Shown here: piece by piece, positions 1-10,297 of the stretch
Position numbering within the stretch: the first letter of the stretch is position 1
Layout: the number at the start of each line of letters is the position of its first letter
Source of the DNA: a phage
Reading direction: 5' to 3' (one strand)
DNA: 50,828 bases
Sequence record: PZ452605.1
Notes under the pieces: generated by a model
What the model saw: only the letters and a program-made list of their open reading frames with translations
Database searches by the model: none
Told to the model about the DNA's origin: nothing
Translations under genes and position numbers: made by a program

Positions 1-1569
1 ATGATCATATGGGAAGATTTGACGGCGGCGCAAAAGCGAGCCATTAAAGAAATCAGTGAGCATTCATTCGAAAAGATGATCAGAATCTGGTTTCAGTTAT
101 TGCAGGGGCAAAAATTCCAGAGCAACTGGCATTTTAGCTTATTGTGCAGTGAGGTAGAGAAGATCATCAATGGAGAGTCGCAGAATGTGATTTTCAACAT
201 TACGCCAGGTAGCGGTAAGACTGAGATTTTCTCGATCCACATGTCACCCTACGCGTCATTGAAAAGTCGTAAGGTGAGAAACCTTAACCTTTCGTTTAGT
301 GATGGACTTGTCCAGCAAAACAGCAACAGGATAAAGGAGATTATCGGTTCTCCTGAGTGGCAAGAGCTATGGCCAGGAAAACTGGCAAAGGCGAGCGCAA
401 AAGATCTCATAGTTACGGATGGCGGCAAGGTTAAATTGCAAGTTAACTCACGTTCTATTGGCGGACAGGTAACAGGTTTGCGTGGCGGCTATATGGATGA
501 TGGTTTTACTGGTATGCTGGTTCTGGACGATCCAGACAAGCCTGATGATATGCTTTCTAAGGTCAAGCGTGAGGCGATCCACATGAGGTTAAAAAACACA
601 GTGCGTTCTCGTCGAATGAAAGACACCACGCCAATTGTTATGGTGCAACAGCGACTACACGTTAATGATTCCACCTGGTTCATGCTTAATGGCGGGATGG
701 GCGGTATTGAGTTTAAAGTTGTGAGCATTCCTGCGCTGGTTACGAAAGAATACCGCGAAACGCTTCCTGATTGGTTGAAGCCTGAATTTGATCGTGATGT
801 GTTGTCAAGTAAGCCAGTGATGATAGATGGAGTTGCTCATTATTCATTTTGGCCTGCAAAGGAAAGCGCGGAGGAATTGCTTGCATTGCGCAATGCAGAT
901 CCTTACACGTTCGCCAGCCAATACCAACAACAACCCATCGCGCTTGGCGGCAACGTGTTTAAAACAGAGTGGTTCCAGTATTACGGCAGCGGCGAAAAAT
1001 GCGCACTTCCTAAACCGGATCGCTTTGAATACACATTTATTACTGGAGATACAGCACAGAAGGCCGGAGAGCTTAACGACTATTCAGTTTTTTGTTATTG
1101 GGGGATGTATAAAAATCGCGTTTACTTCATTGATGGCATTCGCGGCAAGTGGGAAGCGCCAGATCTTGAATTAAATTTTATTGCCTTCGTTAATCAGTGC
1201 TGGAAGCGCAATAAGGAGTGTGGCAGCTTGCGACGTATTCACATTGAGGATAAGGCCAGCGGCACGGGTTTGATTCAGGGGGCCAAAAAGAAGATCCCGA
1301 TTGATATAAATCCCGTTCAGCGAAGCAATGACAAGGTAACGCGAGCAATGGACGCCGCGCCAGTAATGAGGGCAGGACGTGTGGCACTGCCAGAAAGTCA
1401 TCCCATGTTACCTGAGATACTGGCAGAGGTTGCAGCGTTCACTTTTGACGATTCTCATCCCCATGATGATATTGTCGATAATATAGTTGATGCTGTTAAC
1501 GTAGAAATGAACTTGGCAGATGATCCGGTAGCAAGGATGAAAAAGCTGGCTGGTCTACGCAATAAATAG
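1..1569 (+). CDS. terL: terminase large subunit
   Basis: 522-aa ORF, ATG at nt 1; Walker A-like PGSGKT near N-terminus; followed by portal gene. Window end (ta) plus nt 1 (a) would form TAA overlapping this ATG if the sequence is circular. Confidence 0.8.
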   Translation: MIIWEDLTAAQKRAIKEISEHSFEKMIRIWFQLLQGQKFQSNWHFSLLCSEVEKIINGESQNVIFNITPGSGKTEIFSIHMSPYASLKSRKVRNLNLSFSDGLVQQNSNRIKEIIGSPEWQELWPGKLAKASAKDLIVTDGGKVKLQVNSRSIGGQVTGLRGGYMDDGFTGMLVLDDPDKPDDMLSKVKREAIHMRLKNTVRSRRMKDTTPIVMVQQRLHVNDSTWFMLNGGMGGIEFKVVSIPALVTKEYRETLPDWLKPEFDRDVLSSKPVMIDGVAHYSFWPAKESAEELLALRNADPYTFASQYQQQPIALGGNVFKTEWFQYYGSGEKCALPKPDRFEYTFITGDTAQKAGELNDYSVFCYWGMYKNRVYFIDGIRGKWEAPDLELNFIAFVNQCWKRNKECGSLRRIHIEDKASGTGLIQGAKKKIPIDINPVQRSNDKVTRAMDAAPVMRAGRVALPESHPMLPEILAEVAAFTFDDSHPHDDIVDNIVDAVNVEMNLADDPVARMKKLAGLRNK

Positions 1570-1585
1570 CACTAATTGCTAAAAA
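1566..1585 (+). repeat. intergenic motif copy, co-directional (variant ATAGCACTAATTGCTAAAAA)
   Basis: contains terL stop TAG; followed by TATAAT and terminator. Confidence 0.5.
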
Positions 1586-1597
1586 GTTATATAATCA

Positions 1598-1625
1598 AGG
1601 CTGGATTTTTCCAGCCTTTTTTATT
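1598..1625 (+). terminator. rho-independent terminator-like hairpin
   Basis: AGGCTGG-ATTTTT-CCAGCCT followed by T-tract. Confidence 0.5.
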
Positions 1626-1639
1626 ATGGAGATTTGACG

Positions 1640-2932
1640 ATGAGCGAAAAAACAAGGCTAGTTAAGGCCGATGGATACAACGAGATTTTCAAGGGCAGCA
1701 AGGGTAATGGGCGTGTAGAGTTGCCTTTCTTTATGCAAGGTTTCGAATACACCACGCACGCTGATTTTTACATTCGCGATGGACTAGCAAAACGAATTAT
1801 CGACGTTGTTCCAGAAGAAATGGTGACGCCTGGATTTAATATTGATGGCGTGGAAGATGAGGAAGGTTTTAGATCTTTGTGGGATGAGAAGAGACTAAAC
1901 GATAAAATCATTGATGCGCTTTGCTGGTCGCGTCTTTTTGGTGGCGCTGCAATCGTAGCAATCGTTCAGGATGGCAGGGCTTTGAAGTCACCTGTAGCGC
2001 CTGGTGCAATCCTTGAAGATGTTCGCGTTTACGATCGCTTTCAGGTTCGCGTAGAAAAGCGAGAAACTAATCCGCGCAAGGTGCGATATGGTGAGCCACT
2101 AATTTACACCATTGCACCTGGTGCCGACTTGCCAGAATACCAGATTCACTATTCGCGAATCTGTATTATCGACGGTGAGCGGCTACCAAATCAGCGGCGT
2201 CAATCAAATGATGGTTGGGGTGAGTCAATCCTGAATAAGCGATTGGTTGAGGCTATTTGTGATTACAACTACTGCGAAAACTTAGCAACTCAATTGTTGC
2301 GACGTAAGCAACAGGCAGTATGGAAAGCTAAAGGACTTGCCGATCTTTGTGATGATGATGATGGTGTTAACGCCGCGCGTTTGCGCCTTGCTCAAGTTGA
2401 TGATGAGGGTGGCGTAGGCCGTGCGATCGGCATTGATGCGGAAGATGAGGAATATGATGTTTTAAATTCTGATATTTACGGCGTCGATTCATTCCTGGAA
2501 AAGAAGATGGATCGCATTGTATCTCTTTCCGGCATACATGAAATCATCCTCAAAAACAAGAACGTTGGCGGTGTTAGCGCTAGCCAAAACACGGCGCTTG
2601 AAACCTTCTACAAGCTGATCGATCGAAAGAGAAAGGAAGAATACAAACCAATCCTTGAATTTCTGATCCCGTTCCTGATTCAAGAGGAAGAATGGAGCAT
2701 TCAGTTTGCGCCGTTGAGCGTTCCCAGTGAAAAGGACCAGGCCGAGATCTTGAACAAGAATATTGATTCTTTGAGCAAGGCTATTGACGGTCAATTCATG
2801 GATACAGAGGAGGCGCGCGACACATTGCGAGCCATTGCGCCTAACGTTAAACTAAAGGACGGCAATAACATTAAATTACCTGAGCAGGACGTAGAGCCGG
2901 AGCCAGGAACAACCGAGGGTAGCAATCAATGA
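1640..2932 (+). CDS. portal protein
   Basis: about 430 aa, acidic C-terminus, directly after terL; GGAG RBS 8 nt before ATG. Confidence 0.7.
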   Translation: MSEKTRLVKADGYNEIFKGSKGNGRVELPFFMQGFEYTTHADFYIRDGLAKRIIDVVPEEMVTPGFNIDGVEDEEGFRSLWDEKRLNDKIIDALCWSRLFGGAAIVAIVQDGRALKSPVAPGAILEDVRVYDRFQVRVEKRETNPRKVRYGEPLIYTIAPGADLPEYQIHYSRICIIDGERLPNQRRQSNDGWGESILNKRLVEAICDYNYCENLATQLLRRKQQAVWKAKGLADLCDDDDGVNAARLRLAQVDDEGGVGRAIGIDAEDEEYDVLNSDIYGVDSFLEKKMDRIVSLSGIHEIILKNKNVGGVSASQNTALETFYKLIDRKRKEEYKPILEFLIPFLIQEEEWSIQFAPLSVPSEKDQAEILNKNIDSLSKAIDGQFMDTEEARDTLRAIAPNVKLKDGNNIKLPEQDVEPEPGTTEGSNQ

Positions 2933-3684
2933 TAGTGAAAGGCGTCGTTAAACAATGGCGCTTTCCTGAGGCAAGCGAGCGGCAATTGCGCCGCTCAATT
3001 CAGGAGGCGATAAGGGATCTTGTTGTGCTGATGCGCAGCAAAACAAAGGAAATGAAATTTGACGCGGACACCGAAGAAATCAACGCCGCAGAGGATGAGA
3101 TTAGTAGCTTCGCGTTAAAGCTAATAGCTGGCATCGCCGCATCACTTCCGGCTATCGGTCTTGCTGTTTATAAATTCAACGCGAAGCAATTTATTAACGT
3201 AGCCAAATCAACGGGAGGCAAGTCAAATTCAGCCGTTATCATCCTTATGGCTATTGGGGCCAATGCGAATGAGAGTTGGTATAGGACGCTATACGGTCAA
3301 TGGCATGACATGACGATCGCATCTCTTCAAAAGCTATTTGGAAACATCGTGTCTGACTGGTCAACCAATATTAGATTGGCAAACTTTCGCGGAATGAGAG
3401 ATAGCCAGGTTAATGAATTGGCTGGTAAGAGGTTCGCAGTGTATAGCTCTTGGGGTAAGACCAGGGCGGAAAACATCATAGGCGCTTGGAATAGTAGACT
3501 CATGCGCCAGCGTCTTTATGATTCAAAAGTAACTCATTATTTTTGGCATGGTATGCTTGATGACAGAGAGCGATTGCAGCATGTACAATGGGAAGGTAAG
3601 CGCATTGCGCTAGATTCTGAACATGATTTTCCTGGTGAGCCTTTCGGTTGTCGTTGTTGGGCCATACCAGATTGGAACAGTTAA
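2929..3684 (+). CDS. head morphogenesis / minor capsid protein (F-like)
   Basis: 251 aa, start overlaps portal stop; position after portal. Confidence 0.45.
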   Translation: MIVKGVVKQWRFPEASERQLRRSIQEAIRDLVVLMRSKTKEMKFDADTEEINAAEDEISSFALKLIAGIAASLPAIGLAVYKFNAKQFINVAKSTGGKSNSAVIILMAIGANANESWYRTLYGQWHDMTIASLQKLFGNIVSDWSTNIRLANFRGMRDSQVNELAGKRFAVYSSWGKTRAENIIGAWNSRLMRQRLYDSKVTHYFWHGMLDDRERLQHVQWEGKRIALDSEHDFPGEPFGCRCWAIPDWNS

Positions 3685-3694
3685 GAGGTATTAA

Positions 3695-4810
3695 ATGAAG
3701 GCAAAACAAAGATTTGATAGCGCCAAAGTAAAGGCGCACTTTGATGATAACGGGTTTTTAGTTGATCGCCCTATCGTGGCGCGAATTGGTTTACAAGTCT
3801 ATCAGACTCCTTTCGGTGAGCGCAGAGAATTTCGTCCGGCGTCCGAAGTATTCAAGGCCGACTCACTCGCCACCTTCGCAGGGAAGCCAGTCACGGTTGG
3901 TCACGTTACGGTAACTCCAGAAAACGCCGAAAAGGTTGTGGTTGGTTCTTGTGCTGGCGCTGGTGTGCCGAACGGGATCGGCGTAGAGGTTCCGTTAAGC
4001 ATTTACTCAAAACGAGCAATCGAAAGCGCGAAGAAGCGAGACACGGCGGAAATTTCAGTTGGTTATACATCGGTTGATATTGATAAACCTGGCTGGGGCA
4101 ATAATAAAACTGGTGAGTACGTTTTCGATGAGGATGTTAGCGAAGACTGGAAACCGGATTCTCCTGATTGGGTTAAGTTTGATGCAATCCAGACTGAAAT
4201 CAAGGTAAACCACATCGCGTTAGTCTTCCGAGGTCGTGCTGGTATTGCAAAATTAAACCTTGATAGTCAGCAAGATTTTCCGTATAGTGACGAAGTTATT
4301 AACAACAAAGAGGATCAAATCATGACTGTAAAAATTAAACTAGATGGCGCTGTAGAATTTGATGTTCCGAAAGCAGTTGCGGATCACATTGAATCACTGA
4401 AAGCTGATGCCAAAGCACAGAAAGAAAAGGCGGACGGCCTGGAAGCTGAGCGAGATGCACTGCAAACCAAAGTAGATGGCATTCAGGATCAGATTGATGC
4501 CGCAGTCAAGAAAGCCAAAGAAGATGCCGCGCAACATGCTCAATTAGTAGCAGACGCTAAAGAGTTAGGCATCAAGTGCGACGGCCTGGATGCGAAAGCA
4601 ATCAAGGTTGCATACATCAAGGAAGTTATGGGGAATGACGTTTCCGATAAAACTGATGCCTATATCGAAACAGCTTTCGACATTGCCAAAAACTCTGATA
4701 AAATGGCGGCGCAGCGTAAGGGCATTAAAGGCGACTCTTTCGCGAATGAAAAGCAGGATGACGCAGGTTCTAAGCTGAATCCTAACGCTCGTTTTGAGAA
4801 ACTGAAATAA
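3695..4810 (+). CDS. scaffolding-like prohead protein (possible protease-scaffold)
   Basis: 371 aa; C-terminal K/E/A/Q-rich coiled coil; position before capsid genes. Confidence 0.4.
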   Translation: MKAKQRFDSAKVKAHFDDNGFLVDRPIVARIGLQVYQTPFGERREFRPASEVFKADSLATFAGKPVTVGHVTVTPENAEKVVVGSCAGAGVPNGIGVEVPLSIYSKRAIESAKKRDTAEISVGYTSVDIDKPGWGNNKTGEYVFDEDVSEDWKPDSPDWVKFDAIQTEIKVNHIALVFRGRAGIAKLNLDSQQDFPYSDEVINNKEDQIMTVKIKLDGAVEFDVPKAVADHIESLKADAKAQKEKADGLEAERDALQTKVDGIQDQIDAAVKKAKEDAAQHAQLVADAKELGIKCDGLDAKAIKVAYIKEVMGNDVSDKTDAYIETAFDIAKNSDKMAAQRKGIKGDSFANEKQDDAGSKLNPNARFEKLK

Positions 4811-4822
4811 GGAGTAATTAAA

Positions 4823-5332
4823 ATGGCTAAAATTGGAGCAAGTTATTTTGACACTATGGCGCGTGCGCTTCCTGGTCAGGTATCCGACACGTCAGCATAT
4901 AACATCGACGGCGCTTGCGTTCGTGACAAGGAAGACGGCATCCCAATCCTGGTTGGCGTGGCTGTTAAGCTAAAAGGCGTTGACTCAATGGGTAACAAGC
5001 TGATCGACTCCATTTCCGCTGACGATGATGTTCCTTATGGCGTTGGCATCCGTTCTCACTTTCAAACCACGGCTGATAATGGTCGAATGGTTTATGAGGT
5101 TGGCGGCGGAATCAACGTTATGACAGAGGGCCGCGTTTGGATGATTGGCGATGATTCAGATAAGACCAAAGAGCCATCGTATCGCGAGCTTGTAAAAATT
5201 GATGAAAACACTGGCAAGGTGAAAAGTGGTGGCGCTATCAATACCAACTGGATTTACACGGGAGATAAAACCACATTTGGAACTGGCGAAGATGTGTTGA
5301 CTTTGTTTGAAGTTCAGGTCTTCCCAAGCTAA
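4823..5332 (+). CDS. head decoration-like protein, paralog 1
   Basis: 169 aa; shares YNIDG, VGVAV, INVMTEGRVWM, WIYTGD blocks with next gene; strong RBS; terminator follows. Confidence 0.4.
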   Translation: MAKIGASYFDTMARALPGQVSDTSAYNIDGACVRDKEDGIPILVGVAVKLKGVDSMGNKLIDSISADDDVPYGVGIRSHFQTTADNGRMVYEVGGGINVMTEGRVWMIGDDSDKTKEPSYRELVKIDENTGKVKSGGAINTNWIYTGDKTTFGTGEDVLTLFEVQVFPS

Positions 5333-5336
5333 AATT

Positions 5337-5365
5337 AAGGCGCTCGCTTGAGCGCCTTTTTTATT
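5337..5365 (+). terminator. rho-independent terminator
   Basis: GGCGCTC-GCTT-GAGCGCC then T6. Confidence 0.6.
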
Positions 5366-5382
5366 ATGTAAGGAGAAATGAA

Positions 5383-6165
5383 ATGGCTAAAGATTATTCA
5401 TCTGTTATGGGTCTTTCTTGCCCTGGTTGTTTGGTTGACTCTACTCGCTACAATATTGATGGAACTGGCGTTTGTGGTTCTGAGTCGATTATTGCTGGTA
5501 AGGTTGTTTTCTTCAAAGAGAGAGTAGAAGGTTATAGCATATTTGTTGATCATAAAGAGCATGATGCGGTTGTTGCTGGCGTCGCGCTAAGGAGCAACAT
5601 AACAACGACAGTTAACGAGGAAGACGGGTATTCAGACTACAAGGAAGGAGACGCCATCAACATTTTGACAAGAGGTGTTGTATGGTGTGTAACTCAAACA
5701 ATTGAATCTCCTCCTGAACATGGCGATCTTGTTTATGTTAACAATGATGGCTTTGTAGCAAAGAGTGACGGGGATGAAATCGTCGATGGCTGGATTTTTA
5801 CTGGTGACTTCTACAAGTTTGATGAAGCAATAAACATAGTAGGAGTAAGGATAACGCCGCTTCATCATAGAAAATACCTTCTTACTGGTGCGATGATTGA
5901 GGCTGAAAATGGCTACATAGAGGGAACAGAGACGATTAATAACGTTCAATTAAAGGTAACGGTTGTTCCTACTTGGGCTGATGACAAAACGGGTCAGTGG
6001 ACAATTACAAACGAGCAAGATCCAAAGGTTGCCAGCGTTAGCCGTACAGGTCTTGTTGTTCCTACTGGTGTAGGAGGCAGAGTTAACGTCAACTGGACTG
6101 CTAATGATGGTTCTGGAGTTGCTGACCAGTTTGATATTGTATTTAAGAAAACCGCTGACGCATAA
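5383..6165 (+). CDS. head decoration-like protein, paralog 2 with C-terminal extension
   Basis: 260 aa; N-terminal 150 aa paralogous to 4823..5332; C-terminal beta-rich (possibly Ig-like) extension. Confidence 0.4.
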   Translation: MAKDYSSVMGLSCPGCLVDSTRYNIDGTGVCGSESIIAGKVVFFKERVEGYSIFVDHKEHDAVVAGVALRSNITTTVNEEDGYSDYKEGDAINILTRGVVWCVTQTIESPPEHGDLVYVNNDGFVAKSDGDEIVDGWIFTGDFYKFDEAINIVGVRITPLHHRKYLLTGAMIEAENGYIEGTETINNVQLKVTVVPTWADDKTGQWTITNEQDPKVASVSRTGLVVPTGVGGRVNVNWTANDGSGVADQFDIVFKKTADA

Positions 6166-6189
6166 CTGATAGCATAAAAAAACATTGCA

Positions 6190-6209
6190 CGTTTAACAAA
6201 AAGTGCTAT
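6190..6209 (-). repeat. intergenic motif copy, inverted relative to flanking genes
   Basis: GTTTAACAAAAAGTGCTAT upstream of capsid gene hairpin and RBS. Confidence 0.55.
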
Positions 6210-6232
6210 CATCTAGGCCGTTACATTTAACG
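6206..6232 (+). terminator. hairpin with T-tract upstream of capsid gene
   Basis: GGCCGTTACATTTAACGGCC then TTTTTT. Confidence 0.5.
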
Positions 6233-6255
6233 GCCTTTTTTATGGAGGAAGCAAA

Positions 6256-7227
6256 ATGGCTAAAAAATACGATGAATTAGATGCTACCATTGTAGCAAAT
6301 CATTTACAGGTTCAGGGCGTTAAGGGTGATGCTTCTGATATGGGTATTTGGACCGCTCAAGAGCTACACAAGATCCGTTCAACGACATACGAGAAAGAGT
6401 ATCCAGCAGGTTCCGCACTTCGCGTATTCCCTGTAACAAACGAGCTTTCTGATACTGATAAGACTTTTGAGTATCAGACTTTTGATAAGGTTGGCTACGC
6501 GAAAATTATCGCCGACTACACCGACGATCTGCCGACTGTGGACGCGCTGATGACTTCTGAGTTTGGCAAAGTGTTCCGCCTGGGTAACGCTTATCTGATC
6601 TCCATTGATGAGATTAAAGCAGGTCAGCGAACTGGCAAGAGCCTGTCAACTCGCAAGGCTAACGCCGCGCAAAATGCACATGATCAGCTGATTAACTTCC
6701 TGGTGTTCAAAGGTTCCAAGCCTCATAAGATCGTTTCCGTTTTCGATCACCCTAACCTTACGAAAATTGTTTCTAAAGGATGGATGAGCAAGGATGGAAA
6801 CACCAAGTTCCCTGATGTGGCAAGCGATGAACTGGAGGCTGCAATCGAGACTATCGAGGAAGTAACCAAAGGTCAGCACCGCGCGACTAACATCCTGATC
6901 CCGCCGTCCATGCGTAAAGTCTTGACGGTTCGAATGGAAAATACCACTGAAAGTTATCTTGAATACTTCCAGAAGCAAAACGGCGGCATCACTATCGACT
7001 CTATCGCAGAGCTTGAGGATATTGACGGCAACGGTACGAAAGGTTGCTTGGTTTACGAAAAAGATCCAATGAACATGAGCATTGAGATTCCAGAAGCGTT
7101 TAATATGCTTCCGGCGCAGCCAAAAGACCTTCACTTCAAGGTTCCTTGCACTTCCAAGTGTACTGGCCTTACAATTTATCGTCCGTTTACGATGGTGCTT
7201 ATTACTGACTTGAAAAAGTCAAATTAA
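6256..7227 (+). CDS. major capsid protein
   Basis: 323 aa; strong GGAGG RBS; flanked by terminator hairpins on both sides; position in head module. Confidence 0.55.
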   Translation: MAKKYDELDATIVANHLQVQGVKGDASDMGIWTAQELHKIRSTTYEKEYPAGSALRVFPVTNELSDTDKTFEYQTFDKVGYAKIIADYTDDLPTVDALMTSEFGKVFRLGNAYLISIDEIKAGQRTGKSLSTRKANAAQNAHDQLINFLVFKGSKPHKIVSVFDHPNLTKIVSKGWMSKDGNTKFPDVASDELEAAIETIEEVTKGQHRATNILIPPSMRKVLTVRMENTTESYLEYFQKQNGGITIDSIAELEDIDGNGTKGCLVYEKDPMNMSIEIPEAFNMLPAQPKDLHFKVPCTSKCTGLTIYRPFTMVLITDLKKSN

Positions 7228-7238
7228 TTAGATAACAT

Positions 7239-7269
7239 GGGGAGCCTTAAGGGTTCCCCCTTTTTTTTT
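7239..7269 (+). terminator. rho-independent terminator
   Basis: GGGGAGCC-TTAA-GGGTTCCCC then T9. Confidence 0.6.
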
Positions 7270-7287
7270 ATTTATGGAGCACGCAAA

Positions 7288-7554
7288 ATGAGCAAAAACT
7301 TAAAACTTAAAGTAACTGGCGTTTGCATGATCATTATGAACGGTAAGCGTTATCATCCTGGTGATGAAATTGAAATTGAATCCGATCGCATTAATGATTC
7401 CGCAATTGAATACCTGATCGCTCGCGGCGATGTGGAAGTTAAAGACAATTCCGAAATTAACGAGCAAATCAAGGAGAAAGCGGAGAAGAAGCGCAAAAAA
7501 GATCCTACCGAGGGCAAGAGCCGCAAAGAGCTAGAGGATGGCGGCGAATATTAA
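7288..7554 (+). CDS. hypothetical head-associated protein
   Basis: 88 aa from ATG with RBS; basic K/E-rich C-terminus. Confidence 0.4.
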   Translation: MSKNLKLKVTGVCMIIMNGKRYHPGDEIEIESDRINDSAIEYLIARGDVEVKDNSEINEQIKEKAEKKRKKDPTEGKSRKELEDGGEY

Positions 7555-7600
7555 TAATTGGGGCGCTTATGCGCCCCTTGTCATATCTGGAGAAAACAAA

Positions 7601-8020
7601 ATGGTAGATGAATTTTACACAGACGCTGAAATCGTTCAGCAAATCGTAAAGTTGGCCCCACCAATGCAGCAGGTTGATCCCGATTTAATTGTGGCATGGA
7701 TTGAGCTTGCTAAAGAATTTGTTTGCAAAAAACGGTTTAAAAACTCATACCCTAAAGCGGTTGCGCTTTACACTCTTCACCTTATGACCTTAGACGGGGC
7801 AATGAAACAGGAAGGTGAAAGCGTAGAAAGCTACTCCCGACGCGTTGCCTCGTTCACTCTGACTGGTGAATTTAGTCAGACGTTTGATCGAATTTCTTCC
7901 GATACAAGCGGAAAGCAGATCCGACAAACGCCGTGGGGCAAAATGTACGAAGTGTTAAACCGTAAGCACGGTGGCGGCTTTGGCCTTGTGACTGGATTGC
8001 GCCGGAGATGCTGCCGATGA
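7601..8020 (+). CDS. head-tail connector / adaptor-like protein
   Basis: 139 aa; position between capsid and tail genes; GGAG RBS. Confidence 0.4.
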   Translation: MVDEFYTDAEIVQQIVKLAPPMQQVDPDLIVAWIELAKEFVCKKRFKNSYPKAVALYTLHLMTLDGAMKQEGESVESYSRRVASFTLTGEFSQTFDRISSDTSGKQIRQTPWGKMYEVLNRKHGGGFGLVTGLRRRCCR

Positions 8021-8391
8021 ACTACAATGAGATTGCAAGAATGGCTACGGCTGGGATTAACTTTTTCAGCGATGCTAACGGTATGTTTAAGTGCATCACG
8101 CAGCAGGGAGGGGTTGAGATTATCGGCGGAGAGGAAGTTACCAAGCCTGAGGTTTCAGTGATGATAAAGGGGCTTGTTAGATCTCCGAGGACTAGAGAGG
8201 TTGACGGTGAAACGATCCGAGTAACCGACAAGTTGGGGATATTCACCAATGAAACTGAGATCAAAAATGGTTATCAGATTGAAATTGATGGCGATCGTTA
8301 TGTTGTCGTTGAAGCAAGACCAGTCAGGCAGACTAACATCACGGCAGCTTATCGTCCGATATTAAGGAGGATTGCTGTGCATGGCGGATAA
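8017..8391 (+). CDS. head-tail joining protein
   Basis: ATGA overlap with upstream stop; position. Confidence 0.35.
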   Translation: MNYNEIARMATAGINFFSDANGMFKCITQQGGVEIIGGEEVTKPEVSVMIKGLVRSPRTREVDGETIRVTDKLGIFTNETEIKNGYQIEIDGDRYVVVEARPVRQTNITAAYRPILRRIAVHGG

Positions 8392-8824
8392 TTATAAGAT
8401 CAGGGAATTTCACGGTGATATAAGCAGATGGATTGATTCAGTAAGCAGCGGCCTTGTTGATTGCGTTGAAATGTTCGCGACAAACGTCCACGAGGATCTT
8501 GTAAAGCGTTCGCCAGTTGATACGGGCCGATATAAAGCTAACTGGCAGGTAACAGCAAACAAGCCGCCGCTATATGCGCTCAATCAATACGATCGCGATG
8601 GTAGTAAAACCATTGCAGAAGGCAAGCGAGCAATATATGCAATCATGCGGGGCGGTGGCGCGGTGCGGTCAATCTATTTTTCAAACATGCTTATTTACGC
8701 CAATGCGCTTGAATACGGGCATTCAAAACAAGCGCCGTCCGGCGTGCTGGGAATCGTGGCGGTAAAGCTGCGATCCTATATGACTAAGGCAATAAAGGAT
8801 TCGAGGGCAAAAAATGCACTATGA
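8381..8824 (+). CDS. HK97 gp10-like head-tail joining protein
   Basis: 147 aa; AAGGAGG RBS; position. Confidence 0.4.
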   Translation: MADNYKIREFHGDISRWIDSVSSGLVDCVEMFATNVHEDLVKRSPVDTGRYKANWQVTANKPPLYALNQYDRDGSKTIAEGKRAIYAIMRGGGAVRSIYFSNMLIYANALEYGHSKQAPSGVLGIVAVKLRSYMTKAIKDSRAKNAL

Positions 8825-9215
8825 TTTAATGTTAGCGGCAAGAAAGGCGCTGGCGGCGGAATATGAATCACGATTCAAGATCGCCTATGAAAACGTTGAT
8901 TTTGTTCCGCCTGGTGATGGTTCGATGTGGTTAAAATTTGACTACATGGAAGCCGACACAGATCGCATATCTCTTGATAGAAAATGCGTTTCTTATGTCG
9001 GATTGGTTCAGGTTGGAATTGTTGTGCCTCCTGGCGGCGGCACTGATAAAGCGCGTTTGCTGGCTAAAGAGATTGCGAGATTTTTCTATGATGGTAGAAT
9101 GATTGAAACTGGCTATATTAGCGAGGGGGCAAAGGTCCACACATTACTAAAAAGTGAAACAGGTTGGTTCTTACCGATCCGTTTCAGTGTTAGGCTTGAT
9201 ACAAAGGAGGAATAA
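8814..9215 (+). CDS. tail terminator-like protein
   Basis: 133 aa; immediately precedes major tail gene. Confidence 0.35.
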   Translation: MHYDLMLAARKALAAEYESRFKIAYENVDFVPPGDGSMWLKFDYMEADTDRISLDRKCVSYVGLVQVGIVVPPGGGTDKARLLAKEIARFFYDGRMIETGYISEGAKVHTLLKSETGWFLPIRFSVRLDTKEE

Positions 9216-9217
9216 TC

Positions 9218-9880
9218 ATGCACTTGCCTAATGGTTCTCAAATTTTCATCGGCGTTAATATGGGTGATCCGATTCAGGTTACGGCTATTTCAAATGCTGA
9301 CGATCCTGTTTTTACTACTGACAGTCCTCAAAATATTGAGAAGGGCGCTTATGTTCTTATTGAAACATCTTCCTGGGGAAAACTTGTTAGTCGAGTCCTT
9401 CGAGTAAAGGAAGTAACTGGCAATCAAGGTTTTACTCTTGAGGGTGTAAGCACGAAAGACACCAATGTTTTTCCGGCTAGTTCTAATACAGCAACCTTCC
9501 GAGAAGTAAAATCATGGGTAGAGATTCCTTGCGTGCAGGATCTTGCGCAGGACGGCGGCGAGCAACAGTATTACACTTATCAGTGTTTGGCTGACGACCA
9601 GGAGCAGCAGTTACCGACCTATAAGAGCGCCGCTTCTCTTACCTACACTTTCGCGCATGAATATGATAACCCGATTTATCCGATCTTGCGCAAGGCTGAG
9701 GAATCCGGCGACGTAACAGCTTTGCGTATGTACGTTCCTAAAGCTAAAGAGATGCGTTGCTGGGCTGGCGTATTGTCCTTTAATGACATTCCGCAAACAA
9801 CTATGAACGAAATGGAAACTGTTTCCCTTTCCGTATCTCTGAAAGGTCGATTCACGTTCTTACCTTCTGACGTTAAGTAA
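9218..9880 (+). CDS. major tail protein
   Basis: 220 aa; AGGAGG RBS; followed by strong terminator and then the chaperone/tape-measure genes. Confidence 0.55.
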   Translation: MHLPNGSQIFIGVNMGDPIQVTAISNADDPVFTTDSPQNIEKGAYVLIETSSWGKLVSRVLRVKEVTGNQGFTLEGVSTKDTNVFPASSNTATFREVKSWVEIPCVQDLAQDGGEQQYYTYQCLADDQEQQLPTYKSAASLTYTFAHEYDNPIYPILRKAEESGDVTALRMYVPKAKEMRCWAGVLSFNDIPQTTMNEMETVSLSVSLKGRFTFLPSDVK

Positions 9881-9885
9881 AACAA

Positions 9886-9907
9886 GGGGCGTTGCGCCCC
9901 TTTTTTC
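9886..9907 (+). terminator. rho-independent terminator
   Basis: GGGGCG-TT-GCGCCCC then T6. Confidence 0.65.
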
Positions 9908-9945
9908 ATTCCTGTAAAATCAATCTATCAAATAAATCAATTTCA

Positions 9946-9965
9946 CTTTTAACAAAAAGTGCTAC
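9946..9965 (-). repeat. intergenic motif copy, inverted, abutting RBS of chaperone gene
   Basis: CTTTTAACAAAAAGTGCTAC then AAGGAG. Confidence 0.6.
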
Positions 9966-9979
9966 AAGGAGATCTTGAG

Positions 9980-10297
9980 ATGGCAAAGATGAAACTAACG
10001 TTAGGCCCACTGCCTGATTTTAAGCTGCCTGTTTCTTTCGTGCTTCCAAATGGTGATGAGCAAGTTATTGTTTTTACCGTGCGCCACAAGAAGGCAAGCG
10101 AAATTCACGAACGATACACGGCAGAAAAGCCGATGAGCGACGTAGAAATGATCACCTTCCTTGCTTCCGGTTGGGATTTGGAAGATGAATTTAACGAGGA
10201 AAACGTTGCTAAATTGCTGGATTATTACCCGTCTGCGTCATTATCGCTGACTGGTCATTATATGAAAGCACTTGCGGGGCAGCGGGTAAAAAACTAA
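9980..10297 (+). CDS. tail assembly chaperone (G-like)
   Basis: about 105 aa directly upstream of tape measure; AAGGAG RBS; ends just after slippery heptamer. Confidence 0.6.
   Translation: MAKMKLTLGPLPDFKLPVSFVLPNGDEQVIVFTVRHKKASEIHERYTAEKPMSDVEMITFLASGWDLEDEFNEENVAKLLDYYPSASLSLTGHYMKALAGQRVKN

Noticed and set aside
1-1569. terL truncated at the window edge
   Set aside because: An ATG sits exactly at nt 1 and the window end completes a TAATG overlap with terS, so a full-length gene is more likely.
1566-1585. The 20-bp motif as a standard sigma70 promoter (-35 plus -10 inside the motif)
   Set aside because: Spacing between the TTG-like and TAT-like parts within the motif is about 8 nt, far from 17; a plausible -10 lies 18-19 nt downstream of the motif instead.
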